DNA of 64,000 nucleotides from Octopus sinensis (taxonomy: Eukaryota): positions 52,824,001 to 52,888,000 of the forward strand of contig NC_043000.1 in the NCBI RefSeq assembly GCF_006345805.1. Reading direction: 5' to 3'. A model generated the notes under the pieces. The model was not told the origin of the DNA. It worked only from the letters and a program-made list of their open reading frames with translations, and searched no databases. The position numbers and the translations under genes were made by a program. The first letter of the stretch is position 1; each line of letters begins with the position of its first letter. Shown piece by piece: positions 39,515-52,671 of the stretch.

Positions 39515-42049
39515 AATATATGTGTATGTATATATATATGTGTGTGTGAGTGTGTGTATTTAGACGCAACCGGGAAATATATTGCATTAATGCAAAAACT
39601 AAGCATTTACTGGAGGAAATAGCCAACGTTTTATTGAACTGTTTGATCGAATCATTTGATTAAATAACATTTTTATTTTATTTTCCTTCCCGCCATGTCT
39701 TACGCTTTGCTCACAAATGTGGGATTAACATTACTGGCTATAATAGTGTCTTAAATACAAAGAAAAACGAAATTCTGCAATAAATGGAGGAATCTGAAAT
39801 CGACCCAGCCTATTTAAATTTAGGAAATTAAATAAAACGCCTCGGAGAATTTTCAATATACAAAGTATATTGTATTTTCATGATTTCATAAAGAATGTTT
39901 CCTTGAATAACTAATGGTTTTATTAAAATTTTAACATATTTAATAATCCAATCTTAGCAATTCAATTTTCCTATTACACATATATATTCTTAAATGTATA
40001 TACATACTTATATATATATATATTTCGAATGAATATTTTTGTTACTATTTGAATGCATTTTAATACTATTTCCTTTATGCTTCTAGATATAATAACACAA
40101 TTATTTAGCAGCTTTGTTACATAAAAATTTGTCAGACGGTTTATTCCGTATGAACATTTTGTATAATTAGCTAACATAGTCCTACATACACGTTGCAAGC
40201 CTATTATTGTCTCTTCCCCAACCATTACTACAATATGTAGAGACGCATGCCAACAATGATTAAAAACACTAGACATACGCAGTATTTACGAGAAACTTGT
40301 TCATCTTGTGGAAGTAGTTGTAATAAATTATCGGTACTTACACATAATACATACAGCTTAGTATTGAATGTATATTATTATATTATAATGCAAGTAAGAA
40401 GGCATTGCTCATTAGCTCGTCTTTCTAAAATCATATGATGCAAACGGTTTAGATTCGTTGCGGATGTGTTAAACTGGTGTGTCCCTTTATACTCAGTGCA
40501 AATGCATTAATGCTGCGTTTAAGACGAAAAGGTACAATGCAAACACAACAATAGCATAATGGGGTCATTTCCCTCAACGTAAGAATTTCCTTTCAAACAG
40601 TCATGAATTTTAATATTGTCTCTCATATTCCGGTTGATGTATCTTGATAATTATAATTACCATCTGGATCTCTTTTGTTCAATTATTACTGAACACACAT
40701 AATTTCACAACTATAATGAATTTAGATGTCAACGTTCAAACATATTTTTCATTTCTACTCTTTTCAAACTTTATCTATCCGATATGAAAATCACTGCCAA
40801 TTCTAAGAATGGTAATTATTTAGGTTGCATAATGTGTAAAAGTAAAAACCAATTCATCAGACATCTTGAAACGATGATTCATGGTTATTTACATTTGAAT
40901 GTTCCGAGCCTTTCTGAATAGTTACTGTAGAAAAGGATCAGACTTACCAAAACTAAACAAAGACTATTTTGCTTAAACTTATGAAAACTGACTTCCAAAT
41001 TACATTATCAGGCACCCTGTTTTGAAACTGTTATAAAAGTCTGCAAAACCACGAGTGATTTCTTAGCTAGAGACATGAGTATCTTCAGAGCTATAAAATA
41101 CTTTTTGCAAAGAATCTGAATTACTTTTACTTAGAATTGTCCACCTTGAAATGTCTGCATGATTATTACAGTGCTGCATCTTCTTTATGAGTAATAATTA
41201 TTATCATCCTCAATATTCATATTTACAAAGATTGGCATGGGCAAAAGGCAATACACAGATCAATATGGTGTAAAATTACATCACTCTGTTTTGTGATTTC
41301 ATATTCCACTGAATCGACCTTATCATTGATTTCTCAGATTTCGATATTGGGCGTAATAGTAATATAATAGAATTGATTCTCTCAACTAAACCTTTCTCAC
41401 AAACCATGCGGCTATGTTATAAATGTAAACAATGAAAATTATTATCTAACGTGATCCCCGAAGGAAAAGAAGTTATATACTCGATTCGATTTTATAATCG
41501 GTCACACGATATGTTTATGATATAGGTGAAAATAATTATATAATCCGTAGGCACAATTCTAAAGCAAAATTGACAAGCATATCGAAAAGTGATAAAAGCT
41601 TTTGGAACATTAAAAGTAAAGGAAAAGACGTTATTCCACATCAATGGGAAAAAATCTTTCATATATCTTTTTTAAATAATATTTTCTAAGAAAATCGAAG
41701 TGTCTGCATGTTACACGATATTTCCATCAATCATATCGAGTCATGAACAAGTTTCAGCAATATGATGAAGCCTGCTCATGACTCAATGCTATAAGAAAAC
41801 AAATACTGTTAAGTAACATTAATGTATTGAAAATGGTGGAACGACGGAAAATATATGAGACGTGCAGGATGTCAAGAAAAGAAAATTTCAAAAATATGTT
41901 CGATAATTTAGTTTGGTCTGAAATATACAAAATAAGGCAAAGTGGATCACAATCATAAGCATGCATTTATGCATAGAAATATAAGAATGAAATTGGAGTG
42001 AGTAATACTGTGTTATCCCATAGATAATGCACCTTCTATTTTTAATAGT

Positions 42050-42490
42050 TATGATAAAGAAAGATTTATTTCAATTTGAAATATACCCTCCATTTTCTAC
42101 AATGCTCTTCCATCGATGTGGTGGTTTATAAAGCTCGTCTTCCAAAATTCACTTGTTCGTGACGAAAAATACTCTAGTGCTGTTCTCACCGCTTCTACAG
42201 AATTCACATTTTTTCCGTCCAAATAATTATGAAGAGTATTGAATAAATGATAATCAGATGGGACAATGTCTGGTGAATATGGTGAGTGGAGCATCGTTTC
42301 CCATTCAAGCCACTCCAACCTTTGGAATGTCATCCTCGTTGTATGTGCCCGAGCATTATCCTGACGGTAGAACATCTTTCGTCATGAAACCAAGACTGAA
42401 GCTGCTTAAGATATTCGCAGTAGATCTCCTTTGCTATCGTCTGGTTTGGGTTTAAAATTTCAAAGTGGACTAAAGCTTTTATATTTCACC
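42050..42490 (-). pseudogene. Mariner (Tc1/mariner) transposase C-terminal fragment
   Basis: QDNARAH and SPYSPDIVPSDYHLF (mariner YSPDLAPSDY motif); upstream KPNQTIAKEIYC. Confidence 0.9.
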
Positions 42491-42529
42491 AAACACCTTA
42501 GATGCCGGTCTTTCTCCTTTCCCTGCCAA

Positions 42530-42790
42530 CACGTATACCGAGCGTTCCTTACATATTTGTATAAACCCCTTCCTGAACCTATCCTTGATGTGGCCGTTCA
42601 TATGGCTTGAGATATCCAGGACGTCGTCTCTATAAAGAGCCGAACTTTATGGGTGGGTACGTCTCTTGAAGTAATCAAAGATGTATAACCCGTCGAGGCT
42701 GGCGATTTCAGCCCCGTCAAAGCTAAACATAGACGTCGAACGATGGATTGCTTTCTGTTTTCACCCAAAAGGAATCATCATGGGCCAGAA
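42530..42790 (-). pseudogene. Penelope-like reverse transcriptase fragment
   Basis: FDV-MFSFDGAEIASLDGLYI...ALYRDD (YRDD at 42623-42634) matches the PLE pattern FDVTMGSxDGAExCELVGLY...GLYRDDG. Confidence 0.75.
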
Positions 42791-42852
42791 TTGACTTTCT
42801 GGTATACCTAATAATGTGTTGAGTGCCCTTCTTTCTCTGGTCTGTTCACACG

Positions 42853-42886
<34 letters not shown>

Positions 42887-42960
42887 TGAGTCGACAAACG
42901 CTCGCATATATAAGTTTTATATATATATATATATTTACACGAATGTATACTCATATATAA

Positions 42961-43015
<55 letters not shown>

Positions 43016-43399
43016 TTACACACGAATATTTGCTCACATATATGTTTTATATATGTACACACATATGCATACATACAAACATATATACATACATACATAT
43101 ATACTTATACGTAGATGAGTATTTATTCATTTTGGTTACAATTCTTAGCACCGAGAGTTGTTCATGTCATAACAGAACAGGAGAAAAAATCTCTCTAAAA
43201 TATATAGCGAAATTCGAGTGAGAGTTTCGATCAAATAGTAGAACTTCTATATGGTGGGTTCGAGTCACAAGGATCCTCTTTAGCTTTCCCTGTCTCAGGG
43301 AGGGTTTTAAGTAATATTTACGCACTATTACTTTGTTTTATCTACTTTGGGATTAGTCTTTCCGAGTAGGTCGTGTGGTCTTCCACTGCATTGGTCATA

Positions 43400-44470
43400 A
43401 TCCTACCAAGAACATGGACACTGACAGCAAAAATTGCAAGAAGAATCCAGAAGTTCAAGTTCATGGTTCGCGGTCCGACGTCTCCAGTGCGAGCAGTGGC
43501 GTGCCTCAAGGTTCAGTGCTTGGGCCCTTGTTGTTCTTAGTCTTCATAAATGACTTGCCCGACAACCTCACGCAACACACCCTTCTATTTGCCGACGATA
43601 TCAAACTGGTCGCTCTCGCGCGGTAGTATAGAGGATCTTCGTCGATCCTCCACCAAATTTGGAAGTGGTCTAACGATTGGGACCTGTGTCTGAACGTGTC
43701 AAAGTGCTGTCATCTGCCTGTCGGCTCTACTCCTGCAACTCAACTTGATTTCGAGCCGGGTCGTCTACTGCTGGAGAGGACCGATCAGGTAAAGGACCTG
43801 GGTATCATGGTGGATTCCTCCTTTTCGCCTTCGGCCCAGTGCGTTCATGCTGCCAACAAAGCGCGCGGAATTCTGTTTTTGATTCGACGGTCATTCGGAA
43901 TGCTCACGCAGCCATATTCCTGCCACTCTATGTCACGCTGGTGAGACCCATATTGGAGTATGGGATTCAGCCTCTCTCCTTATCTCCTCAAAGACATACA
44001 GCACCTCGAAAGAGTCCAGAGGCTGGCTACCCGCATGGTTCATGGTCTCAGAAATTTGTCCTACGAAGAAAGGCTGAGGACGCTCGACCTTTATTCTCTT
44101 GAAAACGCCGCCGCCGTGGTGATCTCATTCTCGCCCAAACATCATAAGCGGGAAGTGTAACCTCTCGAAGAGCTGTTCTTCACTCCTGCTCCGGAGCGTC
44201 GGCTGCGGGGTCATTCCGAAAGCTCTACCTGCGACGATTTCATCTCAATCGAAGGAGAGGAGCTTTCTCCGTCCGGGTTGCGGATCCGTGGAACAAGCTG
44301 CCAGACGAGATGGTGAAGATGCCGACGACCGCTTTGTTCAAAGCCTCCCTTGACCTCAAGTGGCCTGAACTCTTTACATGAACACCACCCTGTACTTAAC
44401 TCCATGTCCCCCTACATGGCCTTGCTATTTGCTTTTGAGCCAAATTAACTAACTAACTAACTAACTAACT
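43400..44470 (+). pseudogene. 5'-truncated CR1-like LINE (RT domain, frameshifted) with (CTAA)n tail
   Basis: SSGVPQGSVLGPLLFLVFINDL, LFADDIKL, LERVQRLATRMVHGLRNLSYEERL. Confidence 0.9.
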
Positions 44471-44905
44471 GTCAAAATGTCTGACAACATATTTTGGAAC
44501 ATTTACTACGTTCTTCGGCATCATGAGCTGAAGTCCTACCGAGAAGCTTTACGTTTCATGCTTTTACAGTCGAATAAACGTAACCGACTTAATGTTCTAC
44601 TAAAATACCTAGCATTGAAATGTTGCTAAAAACGACAACCTCCTCACACATACACGCATAAATACACACACATACACACAACATAGCACACGCACACACA
44701 CAAACCTCTCCCTCTCCCATCACTCTTTTCCTTATATGTTATATATATATAGTATATATATATATTATATATATAATATATATATATTATATATATATAT
44801 AGAGTTAATCCAAACATGAAAACACAAAAAGAAACACACAACACGGGGACGTAGAACATATAGTATTATTGGACGCTCAGGAAGGAAGGAAGGGAAGAAA
44901 GTGGG

Positions 44906-44938
44906 CTTAACGTTTCGAGCGGAGCTCTTCTTCAGGAA
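44906..44938 (-). ncRNA. Minimal hammerhead motif in a PLE-like repeat end (about 44800-45005)
   Basis: CUGAAGA-A-GAGC-ucc-GCUC-GAAAC-GUU with an AACGUU palindromic stem III; stem I mismatched. Confidence 0.6.
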
Positions 44939-45914
44939 CATAGGAAAGGAAAGATCCAGAGAAGGGAAGACGGAGGAAAAAAATCGCCAACGGTACACAC
45001 CCGGTCATATACAGTTCATAACTTAAGGACTAAGTTATGAATTTCGAAGGTATTTTCATTTAAATGTATTTATAATTAGAGTAGCATTGTGATTAGTGAT
45101 AGTATCAGCACTATTTGAAATCATTAAAAACCCATTTCAGATGCTCCTAATGAAATAAAACCAATGTTTGGTAATCATACAGGTTAATCAATGTTAACTA
45201 ACAGGTGAAAAATAACAGAGTCCAAGAGATGACGTTAAATGCAGTTAAATTTGGAATAATTAGAAATATATTAGTTTACGATTCTAATTACGCAGGCGTA
45301 ATTATTGGGTAAATTCATGATTAAAGTAATTATTTACATCTTGTTTATGCGGTACATTACAATCGCTTTCGGAAAAGATGACAATAGCGTTGAGTACAGG
45401 ATAAAAAAAAAAGATAGTTGTCAATATAATCTTCGTAGGAAAGAAATTCAAGAGTTCGCTAAACATTCATGTTTGGGGCTTGTGATACATATGGAGCTGT
45501 GCTTGAGAGGAATGTTGATTAATTGCATTGCAATCTCTGAGGGGGCATTAAATGCAATCACGAGATACTAAAGAGAAGTTGTAGGCTAAATATTGTTGAA
45601 TACAGATTAGATAACAATATAAGAAATGTTCATGGCACATCTAAAATGATGATGCCATACTAATCTCTTTTTACAAGATTTGAAATATTGGTAGGGCGTG
45701 AGGAAAATTCATACATTGAATAAAATGCGTCTGTAAAAGAATTTTGTTTTTTACCATAGTTAAACATTAGAAGAAGATTGGCGACAAGAAGTGTACGAGC
45801 TGAGGAAATTTAACTAGAAGCAGATTAAGTATAACATAGAAGAAAACATTTAACGATTGGTGTAGTTACACTTACAAAACTAATTTGGGTGTAAATATTA
45901 CGGCAGGAGTGTAT

Positions 45915-46136
45915 ATAAGAAAGAGTGTTGAAAAGTTCCTTGCACTGGGTATACAAAATTACGGGTGGGTCAGTTAATTATGATTTCATTTAATATATTG
46001 CCTTCTCAGATTAAGACACTTATTGAAGCATTCCTTCAGTTATATTAAGTACTGTAAAAGAACTTGGAATGTTGTGACTCCAACCACTCCTTTCGCGACG
46101 CCCTTAAAGCCAGGAACTTTTCAGCAATCCCAAGTA
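45915..46136. mobile_element. Mariner-derived MITE
   Basis: TIR-like arms gtgttgaaaagttcct (about 45925-45940) and aggaacttttcagcaatccc (46112-46131). Confidence 0.6.
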
Positions 46137-46964
46137 TAACACTTGGATACAATCAGACACATGAGGAATAAAAACAATAAACCCTCATCCACTCCCAGTG
46201 AAAAATAATTTTGTGATAAATTAATGTCAGTACTTAGGTTCCCCGTAGGAAAAGACTGTATTGTTAATCTTAAACACTAAATTACCAATCATAATATAAT
46301 GCTTACACATAAAGATCTTTGCAAATATATATAAGTAAGTAAATCATTTTTATAAAATACAGCGAAGGCAAAAATAATTTAAGAAGAAATCATGCTATGA
46401 CGAATACGCTAGATATGGCATATACAAAAACAAAATCGGAATATGAAAAATATGTAAGGCAATAGATACATAGAAAACAGATTGTGACGTTCTGTTGTTG
46501 AATTATTTGGGAAAAATTAGATTTTAAAAAATACACCTACAAACCAATTCTTGCTGCCTGTGTAGTTACAGCAAGGGGTTTATTTCAAAGCAGGCAAAAA
46601 ATTAGAATGTATATATATATTGAGACCGGCAGTGTGATTAACTACTTCTTCATAAGACTGGTTTCTTGGATTCCGTGACGTAAATACCCCCCATCCCTGG
46701 AGGGAACAGCGGTCCGTCACAGGAACAATCGATTTTGCCAGCGAAGTGAGCGGAGCAAGGTGAAACGAAATGCTTCGAACATACCGTTCCAAGAATGGAA
46801 ACCACAATTTTACTAAGTCACGAGACTCCACACATACCCGCACATAAACACGATTTCCCGTATATGTATATATATATATATATAATTTAACCTTTAAAGT
46901 TATATGTTAATATGTTGACCATAGATAAAATTTTTTTCGAAAAATTTTATCCTATATTAGATGT

Positions 46965-47006
<42 letters not shown>

Positions 47007-47115
47007 TATGTATATATGATTATGTATATATATATGCATATTTACAAGCATATATTTATGTATGTATATATGTATATATTGTATATATATATATATATAA
47101 ACAATATATATATAT

Positions 47116-47162
<47 letters not shown>

Positions 47163-48151
47163 TATTCTGTATATACGCACATACACACAATTTTATTGCT
47201 TTACACAGTTTCCTGCGTAAACTTATAATTATTTACAGCAAATTGTTAATACAGATTGTAGTATTGACTATTTTCTATTGTTTACTGTATTACACTAAAA
47301 AGAAAGAAAAAAGAACGAGAAAAATCATGTTAAACATAATGTTAGATACAATGCTGACAGTTAACCGATGCGAAATAAGTCATAGGTATTTATATATATA
47401 TATTTATTTGTTCTTCATTTTTTTAGAACATATATCTCCCTTGGGAATTTAAAGTTTTAAGCAAGAAATATATGTGAAATATTAACCATAAATGTGTAAT
47501 CTGCAGTTTCAAACAAGAAATTCAACCACGCCTGATATCGAGAATATTAGAATCATAAATTTTATAATTTGTATGAAAACTGACAATAAGGCGTTTGAGA
47601 TATTTCTCATTGTTACCTGCATATAAATTTCAGCTTATACAAAATCGCTCTTTTAATGGAATCAGTATCGTCGGCAACAGCCGAATCTCCTGTATATATA
47701 CCTCCTAATTCCGGTTTCTTTTATTTAGTTTCTTTCTTGCTATAAATAACAGCTTTTATTTTAAAATTAACATCATCGTCCATCATACGTAGATTTTTCT
47801 TAAGCATGTTACCTACATTTTAAAATTCAAGTTATACAAGCATGAAAACATACACACATTCAAGCATAAATAAATAAAGACAGACATATCTATATTTCTA
47901 CCTCTCTGTCTGTCAGTCTCTCTCTCTCTCTCTGTCTATCTATATATGTATGTATGAATGTATATATATATATAGATGTAAAACAGATATTTATGAATAT
48001 ATATATATATGCATGTGTGTTTATGTACAGAGAGATAGATACGTAAAGTATAATGGCCATCTGAATATGGCTAACCACAAAGGGTGGGTGTTACTGTAGC
48101 TTTTGGCCCCAGCTGGCTTTAGGCACACTATCTGTGCCCGTATGGTATTTG

Positions 48152-48235
<84 letters not shown>

Positions 48236-48294
48236 CACACACGCATATATATATATATATATATACACATATATATATATATAAATATATGAAA

Positions 48295-48665
48295 CTTTTG
48301 CGTAATAAGATAAAAAAAACCAAGGCTGTATAGATATTAGAGCATTTATAGATAGAAGGTCTTATGGCTGTTTCTAGGATCTTTATTTATAATATCCCTT
48401 CATCGGAGTGGGTGTGAGAGGAAAGTTAAGTCATAATTAGTTTAGATGTGGTGCAAAATACCCATACATATCTTGTATCTATTTTCTTTCTTCCACCTCA
48501 CTCTATTTTGTGTCACATCTAAACTAACTATGAATTAACTTTCCTCTCACACCGTCTCCGATGAAGGGATGTTATTAATAAATATCCTAGAAACAGCTCT
48601 AAGACCTATCTATAAATGCTCTAATATCTATACAGCCTTGGTTTTTTTAATCTTATTACGCAAAC
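48295..48665. repeat. ~370-bp fold-back: two head-to-head PLE pseudo-LTR fragments, each with an HHR-like motif
   Basis: Arms of about 165 bp (about 48295-48460 and 48505-48665) are near reverse complements; motif at 48554-48605 (+) and 48359-48410 (-). Confidence 0.85.
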
Positions 48666-49046
48666 AATTCTTATATGCACACGCTGACATAGACCCAAAG
48701 TTGAACCCCTTATTTGCAATATTACCGAATCTGGAACTTAACAATGGTCTGTCTATAGCACTTATTCAGCATTACCTGACACCTTTGGGTCTCAATTACA
48801 CCATTATCTCATATATATATCACTGTGACCGACCAGGCTATCAGATGTTGCTACACATCGCTGGTCACAATGCGCTTCGCATTGTTTTAGTCTTCAAATG
48901 ACGCCACCCCGCTGGCTATATATATATAATAAAGTATGAGCAGGAAAACTTTCATTAAAAAACCGCATAAGATATACGTCCCTAATATAAATAATATTGT
49001 ATTAATAGATAACGATATAGAGTATAATTATTCAAATAGGTTGAGA

Positions 49047-49113
49047 TATCTTACGATCGTTTCATGAATATATTACCCTTCGAAATGAAATCCAAAATTG
49101 ATCATCAGTATTA
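49047..49113 (-). ncRNA. Decayed hammerhead motif
   Basis: CUGAUGA...GAAAC-GAUC-GUA with an ACGAUCGU palindrome; stem I not paired. Confidence 0.45.
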
Positions 49114-49139
49114 GGTAATGCATCAACTAGAGAGAGATG

Positions 49140-49670
49140 CTGTTTAAAAACGTATGATATAGATGTTTAAAAGGTTACTGGTATAGATGTGAACTTCGTA
49201 GATACTTGGGTTACAAATTTGGAAAATTAATATACATTTTGATTGAGGATTCTTTGTTTTGGAAGTCTTCCATGATTTATAAATGGCATAGTTGAGTAAC
49301 CGAACTATGCAATTCTCCCAGTAAGAGAATTTTGAGTATATTAACGAATAATAAAGTTTTACAGTAACATTTTCGGGAAGAAGGTAATAAATTCTATTTG
49401 ACATACCAAGAGTACGGGAATTTTGTTTTAATAAATTGATTATATGTGTTTTGAGGGTGAGATACTCATCAATATGAATACCGAGAATGTTTGTTGCATT
49501 TGAAATTGCTTTACTTACGATGAGGACATTAGAAAGAATCTGTTTGGGCTTTGTGGAGAAAACCATGTAACATTTTTTTGTTCATATTAAGGGTAAGCCG
49601 ATTAACGATAACCCATTGATAAAACTTGTCCAGTTCTGAATTAATTGTATTGAATAGGAAGGGAAGGTCC
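49140..49670 (-). pseudogene. L2/CR1-group LINE RT C-terminal fragment
   Basis: NTINSELDKFYQWVIVNRLTLN; ILGIHIDEYL; KLYYSLIYSKFSY. Confidence 0.7.
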
Positions 49671-49743
49671 TGGTGACTAATAAAAACATCGGTTGTCAAG
49701 CGACAGTGAGGGGAAAACACAAACGCACAAATACACACACATG

Positions 49744-49814
<71 letters not shown>

Positions 49815-49842
49815 GCATACATATGTATATATATATATTTCA

Positions 49843-50890
49843 ACATATTTCAAAATAATTCAAAATTGTTATGGAGAAAGAAAAGCCATGCTTCTTCGTT
49901 CAAAATTCAACACGCCTCTAACTTTCCATTGAACAGACGACGGCGAATTATGTATATATATATAGAGAGAGACACACACATAGATAGAGGGAGAAGAGCA
50001 GTTAAAACTTATCGTCTATGAGTGCTAGATGATCAATGTTTAAATAAAACATCGACAATTCTCCTTGCTTCGAAATGATTATAGACAGCCGGCTTCATGA
50101 ATGAAGTTTATTTCAAAAGTCAACGTGGTTAATACAGGACTAGTTTAATGTTTAGTGCACAAATTTTATAAATCAATTTTAAAAAAGAAATTTAATTTAA
50201 ATTACAAACATACTACAATCTTCAGTTTTATGCTCCATATTTTGAGGAACAAATATGCATAAGCGTGTTGAATTGTGAACAAAGAAGCAGGACTTTTTCT
50301 TTCTCCATAACTCTTTCGAAATATTTGAGTAACTTGAATTATGAATTGATGTGGATGAATGAAGGTAAATATATTTTAAAGTCAGGCATACTTTTTTCAC
50401 AAAATATAGAATATTAGAATATGCAGTAATTTGAAATTTAAATAAATTTTTTTAATTGGTTTATTTAATCTGAGCATTAAACATGAAACTAGTTCTGTAT
50501 TAACTACGTGAAGTTTGATATAAACTTCATTCATGTCGCCCGCCTTCTACAATCATTTCGAATCAAGGAGAATTGTCGATGTTTTATTTAAACCTTGATC
50601 ATTCAAAACGCATGGAAGATAGGTTTTTAATTGCTCTTCTCACTCTCTCTTCCTCTCTCTCTCTCTCTATATATATATATATTATATATACATAACTTTC
50701 CGCCGTCTGTTCAATGACAAATTAGAAACGTGTTGAATTGAGAACGAAGAAGCATGACTTTTTCTTTCTAACTATTTTGAAATATTTGTGTAATTTGAAT
50801 TACGAATTGACGTGGATGCATGAAGGTAAATATGTTTTAAAGTTATGCATATTTTTTTCATAAAATATGGAGTATGCAGTTGAAGATTGA
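49843..50890. repeat. Complex ~1-kb fold-back with a nested direct repeat
   Basis: About 49843-50200 is inverted to about 50430-50790; 50264-50428 is a direct repeat of 50729-50880; 50215-50262 is inverted to 50835-50890. Confidence 0.75.
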
Positions 50891-51981
50891 CAACTCCCAA
50901 TAGATTTGATTCTTGATGGTTGAAGACTACATTCTATCCCCACTATTTCCTCAGCTACTCTCTAAATTATAGCAGATTTGACTAAGTATGTGTTACTTTC
51001 TAAACTCATTCTGCCAGAGATATGACAATAGAAACAATGTATTTTGTGTTCCATTATTGATATGAATATGTTAAAACATTGGTTTTATCCTCTATGTTTG
51101 AAGTCTATCTGGCTATCTGACGTGGACAATTTCTTTCAAATGATGTAATGTTTTCATTAATCAATTAAAGGAGTCGTTTAATGATTTGAGACCTGTACAT
51201 CTTCGTTACTCATTTACATTATGTATATGTATATATATATAACAAACTTCGGTAATGTAGAAAAGGGTAATGTAGTTGGTTAGCCCCAAATATAGATGAT
51301 GAATGCATAGAAAAGGAACCCATTTCTACTTTACCGGAATTTGTTGAGGTTACTTAAACTTTCAAGAGTTAACTCCTCTTCGACAGTTGAAATTGTATGA
51401 ATTTTTCCAGGCTTCTCATGGCAAATTCTTGACGACTAACAGCTTGTAAGCCACAGGTAGAAATATTGCCTGAGAGAAGGAGCATGAAGTATTCATTTAG
51501 TACCTTGAAATCATGTAACATTCGGTTGGTGAGTCTTTTGAAATATGTGCCGTACGTATCTGCCTACCCCATGCTATTCGAAAATACACACTTAAATACA
51601 TGCGTGTACATTCCCACACGCACACATGCACCCTCTCTCTCTGTGTCTCTCTCTTGTGCGCATACACACATACATACATACAAATATATATATATATATA
51701 TATATATATTTGTGTTCGCGTATTTTACATTGTATTTGCTTTTTCCATGGTATACATATCTGCATTCACCCATTGCTCTTGTTTTTAATGTGTTCAGCAT
51801 CCTACCAGTTGCCGTTGAAATGTAATTGGATTATAAATTTTTCATTTAAAATTTTGAATGTTTGCTTATACAGCTGTATACTTTCATTAAGATATATTCT
51901 TTCTGTCCTCCCAATTATATATATATATACATGCATACATACATATATATATATATATGTATATACATATGTACATATATT

Positions 51982-52030
<49 letters not shown>

Positions 52031-52525
52031 ATACATATATATTGATATATGTATAAATATATATGTATATATATTTATAAAGTGTATATATACTTAAGGA
52101 GGGAGTGAGGAAATGCGATACGCGGCTAGGTGCATGTGTACGTGACTATTAATTTAAGTTATTGTTCTTGTATGTTTATGCCTTTAGCAAAGCGTTAAGC
52201 AGCTGGGAGATATTAGCAAATTTAAAATCAAGGTTAACATATATTTAGAATACCTTAGCACAAAATCGGTTCAACTTTAGTTATCCTGATTTGTACGAGT
52301 AAAACGTGAATGTATTCGCTTCACATTATAATAGCAGATATAACACAGGAAACAGTTCATTATCCTATATGAAGAAATGGCCAGAAATACAGCAAACGCG
52401 AATGTACTGACCTTCAAAGGATCACCGGATCACCCTCTCTATTTTCTGTCTCTCTCTGTCTCTCTGTCTGTCTTTGTCTCTCTCTCTCTCTGTCTCCTCC
52501 TCTCGCTGTGTATATACATACAAAC

Positions 52526-52556
<31 letters not shown>

Positions 52557-52560
52557 GATA

Positions 52561-52604
<44 letters not shown>

Positions 52605-52671
52605 TATATATATAGTAGTAACAGAAAGAGGAATTTCGGTGTCCCCACGTGGTCGATTGTAATGTATATAA

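Noticed and set aside
39689-39750. gccATG followed by a signal-peptide-like MSYALLTNVGLTLLAIIVS
   Set aside because: Stops after 19 codons with only a weak donor; no downstream exon identified
41045-41095. Minus-strand CUGAAGA...GAAA motif
   Set aside because: No stem I or stem II pairing
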